Below, in pieces: positions 37,191 through 46,359 of a DNA stretch of 52,479 nucleotides; positions within the stretch are counted from its first letter, which is position 1; each line of letters opens with the position of its first letter. The DNA is taken from contig JAMOTN010000014.1 of assembly GCA_027062325.1 (NCBI GenBank), forward strand, positions 1-52,479. Reading direction: 5' to 3'. Position numbers and translations under genes: made by a program. The notes beneath the pieces are model-generated. The model saw only the letters and a list, made by a program, of their open reading frames with translations, made no database searches and had not been told where the DNA came from. This DNA is from a bacterium (lineage in GTDB: Bacteria > JAMOTN01).

Positions 37191-38666
37191 GTGGTATTGA
37201 AACTCACAAAAATAGAGCAGTTGAAGCCGGGCGTGCGCTTAGCGCGCCCGGTTGTTAAAGATGGTAAAATCCTGTTCGAGCGCAACACCGTCCTAAAGCT
37301 TGAGCACATAGATATGTTAAAAAAATGGAAAATTCCGTATGTGCTTGTTGATGAACCTTTAAAAGTAGCAGATGAAGCTCCAAAAGAGGATGTAACGTGG
37401 GAACTTCCTTTTGAAGGAGAAGAGGCCCCTAAGCCCGTCATTCTCAATGAAGAAGAGCTTAAAAATTGGGAACCTCCAATATCGGAACCGGACTTTTCAA
37501 AACCTGTCGAACCAAAGATAGGATACGTTAAAGTTCCGCGCCCTGCAGGGCCTGCCCAGCAAGTCTTTTTAGAATCATATAGACAGGGACTTCAACTGGT
37601 CAAAAATTCCTTTCAAAAGCTGAGAGCCGGAGAATCCCCAAGTGTTGAAATTCTGCAACGCTGGGTATCCCAAAAGTTTGACGAGTTTCTTGAAAATCCA
37701 CTGGTTGCCCTTCAAACTAAGGAGTTCACGCCCGACAACTACCTGCTTTCCCACTCCATAAACGTCTGCATTTTAACCGTTATGATTGGCTTTAAATTAG
37801 GATGGGACGCAGACAAAATTGTAGAAGCAGGAATCGCAGCACTTCTGCACGACGTTGGCATGGTTAAAGTTGAAAATCAAATCTGGAATAAACCCGGTGA
37901 TCTCTCACAAAAAGATATTTTTCTTATTAGAAAACATCCCATATATGGAATGGATGCAATAATAGAAGCAAGACTTGATGAAATTTTTGGTTGGGTTGCT
38001 TATCAACATCATGAACGATTAGATGGCTCCGGATATCCTAAAGGACGCGAGGGAATATTCTCAACTCTGGAATATTCAAGGGTTGTGGCTGTCGCTGACA
38101 CCTTTGAAGCACTAACGAGCCCTCGTAATTGGCGTCAACCACTTCCTCTAGAACGCGTTGCATCTTATCTAATTTCAAACAAGGATATGTTATTTGATCC
38201 AAAACCAGTGGACGCTTTAATAGATTCTTTGGATGATTTAAATCTTATTGACAAAGCCTCAATAGAAGCAAGTACCTCTGCAAGCATATTGATGCTTGTC
38301 ACAGATGACTTCGTAAGAAGAAAGATCTCCTACATACTGGGTGGTGTAGGTTATTATGTAATGGAAACGCAAACCATTGACCAGATGACTCAACTTTTAG
38401 AAACCAATCCAAATATGATAATAATTGAACATACTAAGTATGGAGCGTATTCCTCTTTGGAAATAGCAAGGATGCTCCGTGTCCACAAATCCTTTCCACC
38501 AAATAGACCCATTATTCTCTTAGTCACTGGCAAAATTTCAAAAGAAGAGGTAGTATCAGCAATCAAAAACGGTGTCAGCTGGATTCTAGTCTATCCTCTT
38601 CCAGAAGATGTGTTCATCAAAAAAGTTGACGAAGTATTCGAGAAATTTTTTAGAAACCCTAAGTAG
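37191..38666 (+). CDS. HD-GYP cyclic-dinucleotide phosphodiesterase with a C-terminal receiver-like domain
   Basis: HSINV, LLHDVG, KHP, HHERLDGSGYP, VADTFEALTS; REC-like C-terminus; GTG start inferred. Confidence 0.88.
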   Translation: MVLKLTKIEQLKPGVRLARPVVKDGKILFERNTVLKLEHIDMLKKWKIPYVLVDEPLKVADEAPKEDVTWELPFEGEEAPKPVILNEEELKNWEPPISEPDFSKPVEPKIGYVKVPRPAGPAQQVFLESYRQGLQLVKNSFQKLRAGESPSVEILQRWVSQKFDEFLENPLVALQTKEFTPDNYLLSHSINVCILTVMIGFKLGWDADKIVEAGIAALLHDVGMVKVENQIWNKPGDLSQKDIFLIRKHPIYGMDAIIEARLDEIFGWVAYQHHERLDGSGYPKGREGIFSTLEYSRVVAVADTFEALTSPRNWRQPLPLERVASYLISNKDMLFDPKPVDALIDSLDDLNLIDKASIEASTSASILMLVTDDFVRRKISYILGGVGYYVMETQTIDQMTQLLETNPNMIIIEHTKYGAYSSLEIARMLRVHKSFPPNRPIILLVTGKISKEEVVSAIKNGVSWILVYPLPEDVFIKKVDEVFEKFFRNPK

Positions 38667-38732
38667 TCTCTAAGCTTTTTCGTATGGTAAAATTCTATTG
38701 GAAACCCTGCAATGTATTACAGGAGGGATCAG

Positions 38733-39911
38733 ATGTTAAAATTCATTTTAATTCCGAAGGGAGCAGGAGAGTACTTTGTAGCCGATAAACCAGTGGACAT
38801 AACCCTTGACTGGAAATACATAAGTGGTATGCCATTTACACTTGCCGAGCGCTTCAAAGCATCTTCAACATCTCCAGAAGACATAATACAGGCAATTGTT
38901 CGCTTTGTAGACTCAAAAAACGTTCTAATGCTAAGCTTTGAAGAGCTTGTAAAACTGGATCAGCTAAACAACTTTGAAAATTTCACCGAAAAATTGCTAG
39001 ATGCAATTGATAAAGTATCAAATTGCTTCATCGTATCTACCACAATTAACCAAACAAAAGAATGGCTAAAAGAAAGAGGTATCTCGTGGATCGAATACTC
39101 CAAAATGCCTCCTGCAGCATTTCTTGCAGCTTTGAAAAAGTACAATCTTGAGTTTCATCCAATTGAAAGTGCAAAGCTATACGAACTTTCCTTCCACCGC
39201 TACATATATGCAATAGCTTTTATAGACGAATTCAAGAGATCTTCAAGGAGACTTGATTGGACTCAAAACGAAATCGAATGGGTCATTTTATCCAAACTTT
39301 CAGGATTTTTAGAGTATCTGTTTGACTGGTCACTTTCACGTTGTAGAGGAGATCTATCTTTGCGTTCCATACTAGGACTTCTTGCATCTGCAGGTCCCCT
39401 TAGAACCAAAGACATAGCTGAAAAATTAGAAAGAAATCCGGGGCAGATTAGTGGCTATATGCAGCATCTTAAAAACTCCGACTTAATTAGGGTAGAAAAT
39501 AGATTTTACCAAATAACCGATCCTCTCTTTGCATGGTGGATAGCCTATAAGTTCGGAACAAAGCTAGATGTAAATCAAGTAAAATTAAACTTTTCTAAAA
39601 GAATGGCTCTAATAAACTTTATCAAATCGAGCACTGATATTCCACGCGCTCTTAAGATGGCAGAGCACATAGGCCCCATGCTTGTAAATCTTGGCAATTC
39701 TTTACTATTTCTTGACGTTGCCTTCGCCCTTAGAACAACCACCGATCTAGTAGCCTTTTCTTTTGAAGTAACTGAACCAATTGTAACTAAAGTTTGGAAC
39801 AGAAAACTGTCAATTTTCCCAGTTGATAAAAATTTTTCTCACCAAACCCTCTCAACTCAAAATACAGCCACCAAACCTTCACAAAACTTAAAATTTACCT
39901 TACAATTTTAG
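38733..39911 (+). CDS. Winged-HTH protein, possibly a degenerate ATPase-wHTH
   Basis: LRTKDIAEKLERNPGQISGYMQHLKNSDLI...YQITDPLFAWW; SD AGGAGG. Confidence 0.6.
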   Translation: MLKFILIPKGAGEYFVADKPVDITLDWKYISGMPFTLAERFKASSTSPEDIIQAIVRFVDSKNVLMLSFEELVKLDQLNNFENFTEKLLDAIDKVSNCFIVSTTINQTKEWLKERGISWIEYSKMPPAAFLAALKKYNLEFHPIESAKLYELSFHRYIYAIAFIDEFKRSSRRLDWTQNEIEWVILSKLSGFLEYLFDWSLSRCRGDLSLRSILGLLASAGPLRTKDIAEKLERNPGQISGYMQHLKNSDLIRVENRFYQITDPLFAWWIAYKFGTKLDVNQVKLNFSKRMALINFIKSSTDIPRALKMAEHIGPMLVNLGNSLLFLDVAFALRTTTDLVAFSFEVTEPIVTKVWNRKLSIFPVDKNFSHQTLSTQNTATKPSQNLKFTLQF

Positions 39912-41286
39912 CTTTATTAAGATTATTTCGTGCCTTTGGAGAACCGTATTTTCTCTTTAAAGCTTTCATTGCATACTTTAGCTCGTATGAAGCTATTGGC
40001 AGTCCTGCTTCTATCCTCACCAAAATTGAGTGATAAATACTCTCCATAGGAATTAATCTTCTAGTTACAATTTCACGCCACGTATAGTTCTTATAAGCTT
40101 TTAAGTATTTTCCACTATTGTATCCAGCAATAGCTTTAGCAATTATTGCAAAATCGCTCTTGTCTTTAGAGTTTTTAGCCATGTATTGAATACATGCATT
40201 GAGCTCAGCAGCTCCAGCAATCAAATTCGCCATAGAATTTTTAATTGGTGAATACGGTAATTTAAGCTTTTTTTGCCAGTATTTTGCAGTTTGGGGCATC
40301 AATTGAGCAAAGCCACGTGCACCAACTCCACTTTTAGCATATGGATTACCACCGCTTTCAACAACAATCAAGCCTTTAAGCAGTTTTTCTGAGCCAACTC
40401 CAAATCCTTTCAGAATATATGAAGAAGTTTCAAGCTGCCTGCTGGCAACTTTTATTGCACCCATCCTTTCCGCATCTTTCAAACTTCTCCACTTATGAGC
40501 TTGTGCATAAAGTTTTGAAACATCAACATGCAAAGTAGAAGTAGGAATGCTAAATCCTGGGGCTGCTAAACCAACTGAAAGATTAACTACAACATCTTTA
40601 CTAGTCGTCACCTCAGAAGGTCGCAATTCATTCACTTCACGTTCAAAATCTCGCCGCATCTCACTTTGCTGAATATCAAAGATTATGTAAGAAGCCTCTC
40701 TACTAGCTAAATCAAAATCAACATCACTTGCTAAAGCAAATTCATAAAGATTTGTGAAGTATTCAGTCAATAATAACTCCAAAACCTCTCTTGGAGCACC
40801 ATTTGCAACTGCAAGATTGTAAGCTTCGCGAGCAAGCAAAGCCTTTTCAAACAAGCTCCTCACATAATCCTCGTAGGTACTTTCTAAGTGCAAATCTGAA
40901 GATTGGGGGGGTAATATGTAAACCGCATCCATTCCCACCATACCTTGCCCTGGCTTCAATTCCACTTCTGGATTCTTGTAACGAGCTATTGCTCTATCAA
41001 CTGCACTGACATGAGAAGTTATTTCAAATGTTGAGTTTTTAAGAACAGGTGAATAAGTCTTCTCAATACGAACAAAATTTTTATCCTCATTCACTTTAAC
41101 TTCATGAGAAAACTCATCCTTAAAACTTACTTCTTTCAGTTGATCAAGATACTTTTTAGCCTCAGCATAATTTCGGGATTGCAAAGCTTTCAAATAAAGC
41201 TTATAGAGGCGGCTGCTATCAGAAGCAGCCGCCCCACTCAAAGTAAAGCTCATAATCCCTATAATCAGCCAAGCAATAATTCTCAT
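39895..41286 (-). CDS. Exported protein with a C-terminal lytic transglycosylase (SLT) domain
   Basis: Signal peptide; IVVESGGNPYAKSGVGARGFAQLMP; AGYNSG. Confidence 0.88.
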   Translation of the reverse strand: MRIIAWLIIGIMSFTLSGAAASDSSRLYKLYLKALQSRNYAEAKKYLDQLKEVSFKDEFSHEVKVNEDKNFVRIEKTYSPVLKNSTFEITSHVSAVDRAIARYKNPEVELKPGQGMVGMDAVYILPPQSSDLHLESTYEDYVRSLFEKALLAREAYNLAVANGAPREVLELLLTEYFTNLYEFALASDVDFDLASREASYIIFDIQQSEMRRDFEREVNELRPSEVTTSKDVVVNLSVGLAAPGFSIPTSTLHVDVSKLYAQAHKWRSLKDAERMGAIKVASRQLETSSYILKGFGVGSEKLLKGLIVVESGGNPYAKSGVGARGFAQLMPQTAKYWQKKLKLPYSPIKNSMANLIAGAAELNACIQYMAKNSKDKSDFAIIAKAIAGYNSGKYLKAYKNYTWREIVTRRLIPMESIYHSILVRIEAGLPIASYELKYAMKALKRKYGSPKARNNLNKAKIVR

Positions 41287-41310
41287 ACTCAATTCACCCT
41301 GCAAAACAGA

Positions 41311-42150
41311 TTATTCTCCAATCATCTCCCTTACTTCTTTAACTGTATCCACTGCATTCTTCTGCCCTGCTAACCAAAGGATGACATTTTTTGCAAGTTG
41401 AGGATGATCAAAGTCATCCCAGTTGTCGTGAAGGTGATTTCCCGGCGCTCCTTTTCCATCATCAAACGGAGACGAATCGCCAATTGCCACAAACCTTCCC
41501 TTTCCATAAGTTCCATAAACCACGTATGGCTTTTCACCCTTCTTATTAAACTTGAAGTAAATTGCTGCTTTTGCAATCTTTGGATCTGTAATCTCAATCC
41601 AAGTTGCTCCCCAACCGCCAACTGCCTTCACACCTTTAGTAATAGGACAATTTACTATTGGTCCTCTATTTGGAGCCTGGCTAACTGTCTTCTTCGCAAA
41701 GTAGAAGCCAAGTTCAGGAACAAATACGTTAAATATCTTTACTGCATCCCAACCGTCGTGATCTCTGTCTGCCCCAGCGTGATCACCTATGAAAAAGACC
41801 CCACCACCGTTCTTTATATATTTAAGTATTGCTTTTACCTCATCATCTCTGAAACGTCTATTTGGCTCGGGAATAACAAATGCAACATAGTTCTTCAATA
41901 ACTCATAGGTTATAGGTCCATCTGCCTTTTCATGAGATTCGACCTTGAAACCAAGGGACTTAACCACATCAGCAAACTCAGAATAACCACCGTAAATTGT
42001 CCAATCGGCATTTCCTGCGGTTTGAGCATGCGCATTGTCAAACAACACTTTTGGCAACTCTTTTCCAGCCATCGAAATACCAAATCCAACAACTGCAAAC
42101 AGAAACACCAGCACCATAGAGAGTCTAAACAAACTACCCACTCCCCTCAT
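41311..42150 (-). CDS. Exported DUF4350/class I GATase-like-fold protein, paralog 1
   Basis: VLFDNAHAQTAGNADW, IPEPN, GGGVFFIGDH, GKGRFVAIGDSSPFDD. Confidence 0.75.
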   Translation of the reverse strand: MRGVGSLFRLSMVLVFLFAVVGFGISMAGKELPKVLFDNAHAQTAGNADWTIYGGYSEFADVVKSLGFKVESHEKADGPITYELLKNYVAFVIPEPNRRFRDDEVKAILKYIKNGGGVFFIGDHAGADRDHDGWDAVKIFNVFVPELGFYFAKKTVSQAPNRGPIVNCPITKGVKAVGGWGATWIEITDPKIAKAAIYFKFNKKGEKPYVVYGTYGKGRFVAIGDSSPFDDGKGAPGNHLHDNWDDFDHPQLAKNVILWLAGQKNAVDTVKEVREMIGE

Positions 42151-42241
42151 TTCAAAACACCTCCTACACTCCATACTTCCTTCTCCTACCTTCTATTGTA
42201 AGAAGATATAGGCAAAAAGTTTCTACTCACAATAATTAACA

Positions 42242-43069
42242 CTACTCAGACAACATATTCATGATTTTTTCAACATTTCCTTTTGGATCATCTTCCCCAG
42301 CCAACCACCTTACAACATTTTCTGCAAGTTGTGGGTGATCATATGTTTGCCATCCATCGTGCAAGTGATTTCCAGGAGCACCCGTTCCATCATCAAATGG
42401 AGAAGAGTCTCCAATCGCTGCAAACCTTCCTTTTCCATAAGTTCCGGTTATAACATATGGCTTCTTCCCCTGCTTTTTAAATTTAAAGAATATCCACGCT
42501 TTAACTCTCTTCGAATCCTTAATCTCAAGCCAAGTTGCCCCCCATGCTCCAACTCTGTAAACACCTCTAGTTATAAAACCTTCCACTCGTCCACCAGCAA
42601 CTGGAGCCTGCGACACCCACTTTTTAGCAAAGTAGAAACCGAGCTTTGGAGCAAACACGTTGAATATCTTGGGAGAATCCCACCCATCGTGATTCCTATC
42701 AGAACCGGTATGATCACCTATCAGGAACACTCCGCCGCCGTTTTCAATAAATTTCAAAATTGCATCAACCTCAGCATCTTTGAACGGACTATTTGGCTCC
42801 GGCAATACCAAAACCTTGTAATTCTTCAAAAGTTCGTAAGTCAATAAACCATCACTCTTTTCATGAGATTCCACAATAAAACCAACACTTCTCAATCTGT
42901 CTGCAAAGTCAGAATAAGCTCCATAAATCGTCCAATCAGCATTTCCAGCAGTTTCTGCATGTGCATTGTCAAATAACACCTTAACAGCTGGCCTAATAGA
43001 ATTTGCTGCACCAGTAAAAGCTACAAACATCACCAAGATAAGAAGCACTACCCACTCCCTACTCCTCAT
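42242..43069 (-). CDS. Exported DUF4350/class I GATase-like-fold protein, paralog 2
   Basis: Same motifs as paralog 1 (VLFDNAHAETAGNADW, LPEPN, GDSSPFDD). Confidence 0.75.
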   Translation of the reverse strand: MRSREWVVLLILVMFVAFTGAANSIRPAVKVLFDNAHAETAGNADWTIYGAYSDFADRLRSVGFIVESHEKSDGLLTYELLKNYKVLVLPEPNSPFKDAEVDAILKFIENGGGVFLIGDHTGSDRNHDGWDSPKIFNVFAPKLGFYFAKKWVSQAPVAGGRVEGFITRGVYRVGAWGATWLEIKDSKRVKAWIFFKFKKQGKKPYVITGTYGKGRFAAIGDSSPFDDGTGAPGNHLHDGWQTYDHPQLAENVVRWLAGEDDPKGNVEKIMNMLSE

Positions 43070-43631
43070 CAATATCCCCTCCTCTCAAAGCAAATAAGCT
43101 CCTAAATTTTATTGTAATGGAAAAATAGGCAACTAGTGCCAACAAAGCCTCCGGTATCGTATAACTTGCATTATATGAAAGAGACCAAATCCATAAATTT
43201 TTGCCGGCAGGAGCAAAATCTTTGAAAAATATAACTCCTGAAAGGGTATGCAAAAACAACTTAACACTGAATGCTCCCAATATTACCAGCCCCTGAGCTA
43301 TTTTTGACCTCTTCACAACCCTGGTGAGATTCAATTTTATCATTATTAGACTCATCTGTGCAAGTGGGTAATCGAGTAAAAATTGAACAACTCCTCTGTA
43401 ATAAGGTTCCATAGCAAAAACTATGAAGCTGTAGATAACTGCAAACAAAAAACTTCCCTTAACATCCAAGATAATATAAGCAGTAACCACAAATACAACG
43501 GATAAATTAACACTCCCCCCCTGCGGCATTCTGAAAATTTCAAAGCGCCTTGAAGCTGCAGCCAAAGCCAAAAGAAGAGCAACGAGGGCTATCTTTTTAA
43601 AATAACTTTTTTCCCATGCTACACCTTTCAA
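43059..43631 (-). CDS. thiT: Energy-coupling-factor thiamine S-component ThiT
   Basis: MPQGGSV, QFLLDYPLA, HTLSGVIFF..FAPAG, WSLSYNASY. Confidence 0.88.
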   Translation of the reverse strand: MKGVAWEKSYFKKIALVALLLALAAASRRFEIFRMPQGGSVNLSVVFVVTAYIILDVKGSFLFAVIYSFIVFAMEPYYRGVVQFLLDYPLAQMSLIMIKLNLTRVVKRSKIAQGLVILGAFSVKLFLHTLSGVIFFKDFAPAGKNLWIWSLSYNASYTIPEALLALVAYFSITIKFRSLFALRGGDIDEE

Positions 43632-43637
43632 CTTATC

Positions 43638-44147
43638 TCACCACTGCCAGTAAAAACTTTTACCATCAAGAGCAACAGATTTAGGTATCAATCGTCTTCT
43701 ATCTTCCTCTGGTTTTTTACACCTTATATCATAGATACCACTTTTAGGAGTTGGAAAAGCCAAGAATTTTTCCATGGGATAAGTTGGGAATACATAACGA
43801 TTTTCCTCACTGGACCAGACTGGAGAGCATATAACCACCCATCCGTATATATCTTTTGTAAAAGGATTTATAGGAGGAGAGTGTCTCAAATAAGGCCTTT
43901 TCAAATAAGGATCAAAAAATAAATCCTGCCACGAAACCGGATAAAAACCATGATCACGGTAGTACCTATCTATGGCATCACGCGTTGTTATCAAAACTTC
44001 TTTTAACATCTCCTCTTTTTCACGAAGATATACCACTTTAGCAAGAGGCATCGCCAACATTGCAAGTATTGCAAGCATCACCATCGCTGCCATTAGCTCA
44101 ACTAATGTGAACGCTCGTAATTTTTCCAAACTCAACCTACCAAACAT
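43638..44147 (-). CDS. Type II secretion-type pseudopilin
   Basis: RA/FTLVELM; REKEEMLK...RDAIDRY; GIYDIR; ALDG..Y.QW. Confidence 0.85.
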   Translation of the reverse strand: MFGRLSLEKLRAFTLVELMAAMVMLAILAMLAMPLAKVVYLREKEEMLKEVLITTRDAIDRYYRDHGFYPVSWQDLFFDPYLKRPYLRHSPPINPFTKDIYGWVVICSPVWSSEENRYVFPTYPMEKFLAFPTPKSGIYDIRCKKPEEDRRRLIPKSVALDGKSFYWQW

Positions 44148-44177
44148 CTCTATCCCCACCAAATTGCATAAAACGTA

Positions 44178-44708
44178 TCACCAATCGCAATACAAAGTGC
44201 CATCGAGAGCAACATCCTCTCGCGGATACCTAACATCCCAGATTCCAGATTCATTTGGAACTTTGTGAATTACTTCATACGTTGTACCATCGTAGAACTT
44301 CAAACCTATCATAAAAAACCTTTTATAAGGCAATCCCGGATACTTAATAGTCTGCTCACTTGCAGGAAGATAGGCAGAGTTATCGTAAACTCCAGAAGAT
44401 ATAACCCACCAATCGTAAGGATCCGGAGTAAAAGGATTTATCGGAGGAGCCTCTCTATAATAAGCCACTCCCTTGTAATACCTGAGTTGCGACCATCTTA
44501 CTGGATAAAAACCGTTATCTATGTAAAAGTAATCTATTCCCTGTCTCAAATCGTGTAGGGTCTGCCTTAAAACCTTTTCCTTATTGCGAATTATCATCAT
44601 CTCAAAGGTTGGTAGGCTTAAATAAGCCAGTATTCCCATAACCGTTATAACAACCATTAACTCTATTAAAGTAAATGCAAATTTTTCTTTTAAAAATTTT
44701 CCGAGCAT
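44178..44708 (-). CDS. Type II secretion-type pseudopilin
   Basis: FA/FTLIELMVV; KEKVLRQTL..LRQGID; GIWDVR; ALDGTLYCDW. Confidence 0.88.
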   Translation of the reverse strand: MLGKFLKEKFAFTLIELMVVITVMGILAYLSLPTFEMMIIRNKEKVLRQTLHDLRQGIDYFYIDNGFYPVRWSQLRYYKGVAYYREAPPINPFTPDPYDWWVISSGVYDNSAYLPASEQTIKYPGLPYKRFFMIGLKFYDGTTYEVIHKVPNESGIWDVRYPREDVALDGTLYCDW

Positions 44709-44732
44709 TCTTTCATCTCCAATGAATCTTTT

Positions 44733-46316
44733 CTATTTTGATTTTATCAAACTTAAAACAGTCGATTCCAGCACCTCAGGAGTTGCAGAGAATATGCATT
44801 CGCTATCAGATTTTTTACAAACTTTTGAAAAGCACTTTTTAGGATACTTAGAACATTTAGTCCTCAAAATCTTGAAATCAGTGAAAGAATAAAAAAAGTA
44901 TGCGTCAAAAGAATTTTCTATAAGCAATATCGGAAACGGAAATTTATAAAACCTAGTCTTTCTTGCAAACAAACAATCCGTCATAACAACACAATCCGGA
45001 TCAAATTCTAACACTTTACTCACATCATCTCTTTCAGCAAAAGTTAAAAATTGAATCTCAATCCCCTTTTCTTGCAACTTTTCTTTCAACAATTTTTTGT
45101 AATGAGTAGGATAAGAAGCTGTAGCCCAATCTATGCTATCTATAAACAGGACTTTTTTTAAACTGTTCCCCTCTTTCAAAAGCATCTTTTTATCAAGGTA
45201 ATCTTTACCAATAAACTTCCTAAACTCATCTACTCTACTGAAAAATCTTATCCCCTCTTTAGCTAACTCTTTTTTCAAAGCCTCAAATATGTTTTGATAA
45301 TCTTTTTTGAAGACATTTATAGAAACTCCAACTTTTAAACCAATTTTATGCAATATCTTCTCCAAAGTAGCGTAAGGATAGAAATCTAACACATGAATCC
45401 TAATGTCTTCTCCATTTAAATCGTCCAGCAAATTCTCCCTCTCTTTTTCAACACTAGAATTTACAATTCTCTCCCAAAACTTCAATTCTTCAGATTCTGG
45501 ATAGAATCTTATTGAATCTATGACATCCAAAAAGTTTTCCAAGTGACGCTTATCTTTTTCAATCTCTTCAAAAAAATTATCAAGAAGTAAGTATTCCTTT
45601 GAGTTAAAATTTTCAGCACTTTTTAAAACATCCAACATCTGCCATTTGGTAAATAACATCTCAGCCAAACCACTGGAAGCAATAACACTTACAGACTTCG
45701 AAAAGCAATTAACGAGGTAAATTTTTCTAAGATTTTCAAACAAATTTGGAAGAGGTGGCACCACAAAGCAGAATATCACATTAGCCTTCTGGGCAATCTC
45801 TTCAAAGCTTTTAACGTGCTCTATGTAAACCTTTTCTTCCCAATTTACCTGTAGAATATCCGCTTCATCCGCATAGGCTATAACCTTAAATCGAGAATAC
45901 TTACTCTTCAACAGAGGCCAGCAAACTTTGACAAAAAACTTCAAATCCTCATATTTGGGTAAATAAAGTCCCACAATTGGACGCGCTTCTTGCCAACCTA
46001 TTTTAGCCTTTCTAAATTCGTAAAATCCCAATCGCACACTCAACTGCCTAAAAGGATATTTAGTACTCAAGAATATGGTCTTATGAGGTAAAACAGCACC
46101 AACAAATCTTGTAGAACTGACATCAACTTTTTCAAGATGAAGTTCATCTCTCAACTTGTAAAGTCTTAAAAAAGCACGTAATTCATTCCTATCCTCTTCT
46201 TTCAAGCATTCATTTAAAACAAAATTAAAACGATGGGAAAACTTCAATCTCAAATATCTAACTATCCCGCTGTTTTGTAGACTTTTTTCAATCAATACAA
46301 CAGGCTTTGTCCACAT
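44733..46316 (-). CDS. Hypothetical protein with a weakly GT9 (heptosyltransferase)-like C-terminus
   Basis: 527-aa ORF; DCVVMTD and Cys-rich tail C....KCFSKVC....ECIFSATPEV. CDS likely, function weak. Confidence 0.5.
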   Translation of the reverse strand: MWTKPVVLIEKSLQNSGIVRYLRLKFSHRFNFVLNECLKEEDRNELRAFLRLYKLRDELHLEKVDVSSTRFVGAVLPHKTIFLSTKYPFRQLSVRLGFYEFRKAKIGWQEARPIVGLYLPKYEDLKFFVKVCWPLLKSKYSRFKVIAYADEADILQVNWEEKVYIEHVKSFEEIAQKANVIFCFVVPPLPNLFENLRKIYLVNCFSKSVSVIASSGLAEMLFTKWQMLDVLKSAENFNSKEYLLLDNFFEEIEKDKRHLENFLDVIDSIRFYPESEELKFWERIVNSSVEKERENLLDDLNGEDIRIHVLDFYPYATLEKILHKIGLKVGVSINVFKKDYQNIFEALKKELAKEGIRFFSRVDEFRKFIGKDYLDKKMLLKEGNSLKKVLFIDSIDWATASYPTHYKKLLKEKLQEKGIEIQFLTFAERDDVSKVLEFDPDCVVMTDCLFARKTRFYKFPFPILLIENSFDAYFFYSFTDFKILRTKCSKYPKKCFSKVCKKSDSECIFSATPEVLESTVLSLIKSK

Positions 46317-46359
46317 AGGACTAAACCATCACTCCAAAGAAAATTTCACACTCAAACAA

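Noticed and set aside
39895-39911. Strand switch as replication terminus or dif site
   Set aside because: Only a 17-nt convergent overlap; no dif-like site recognised, and skew cannot be computed here.
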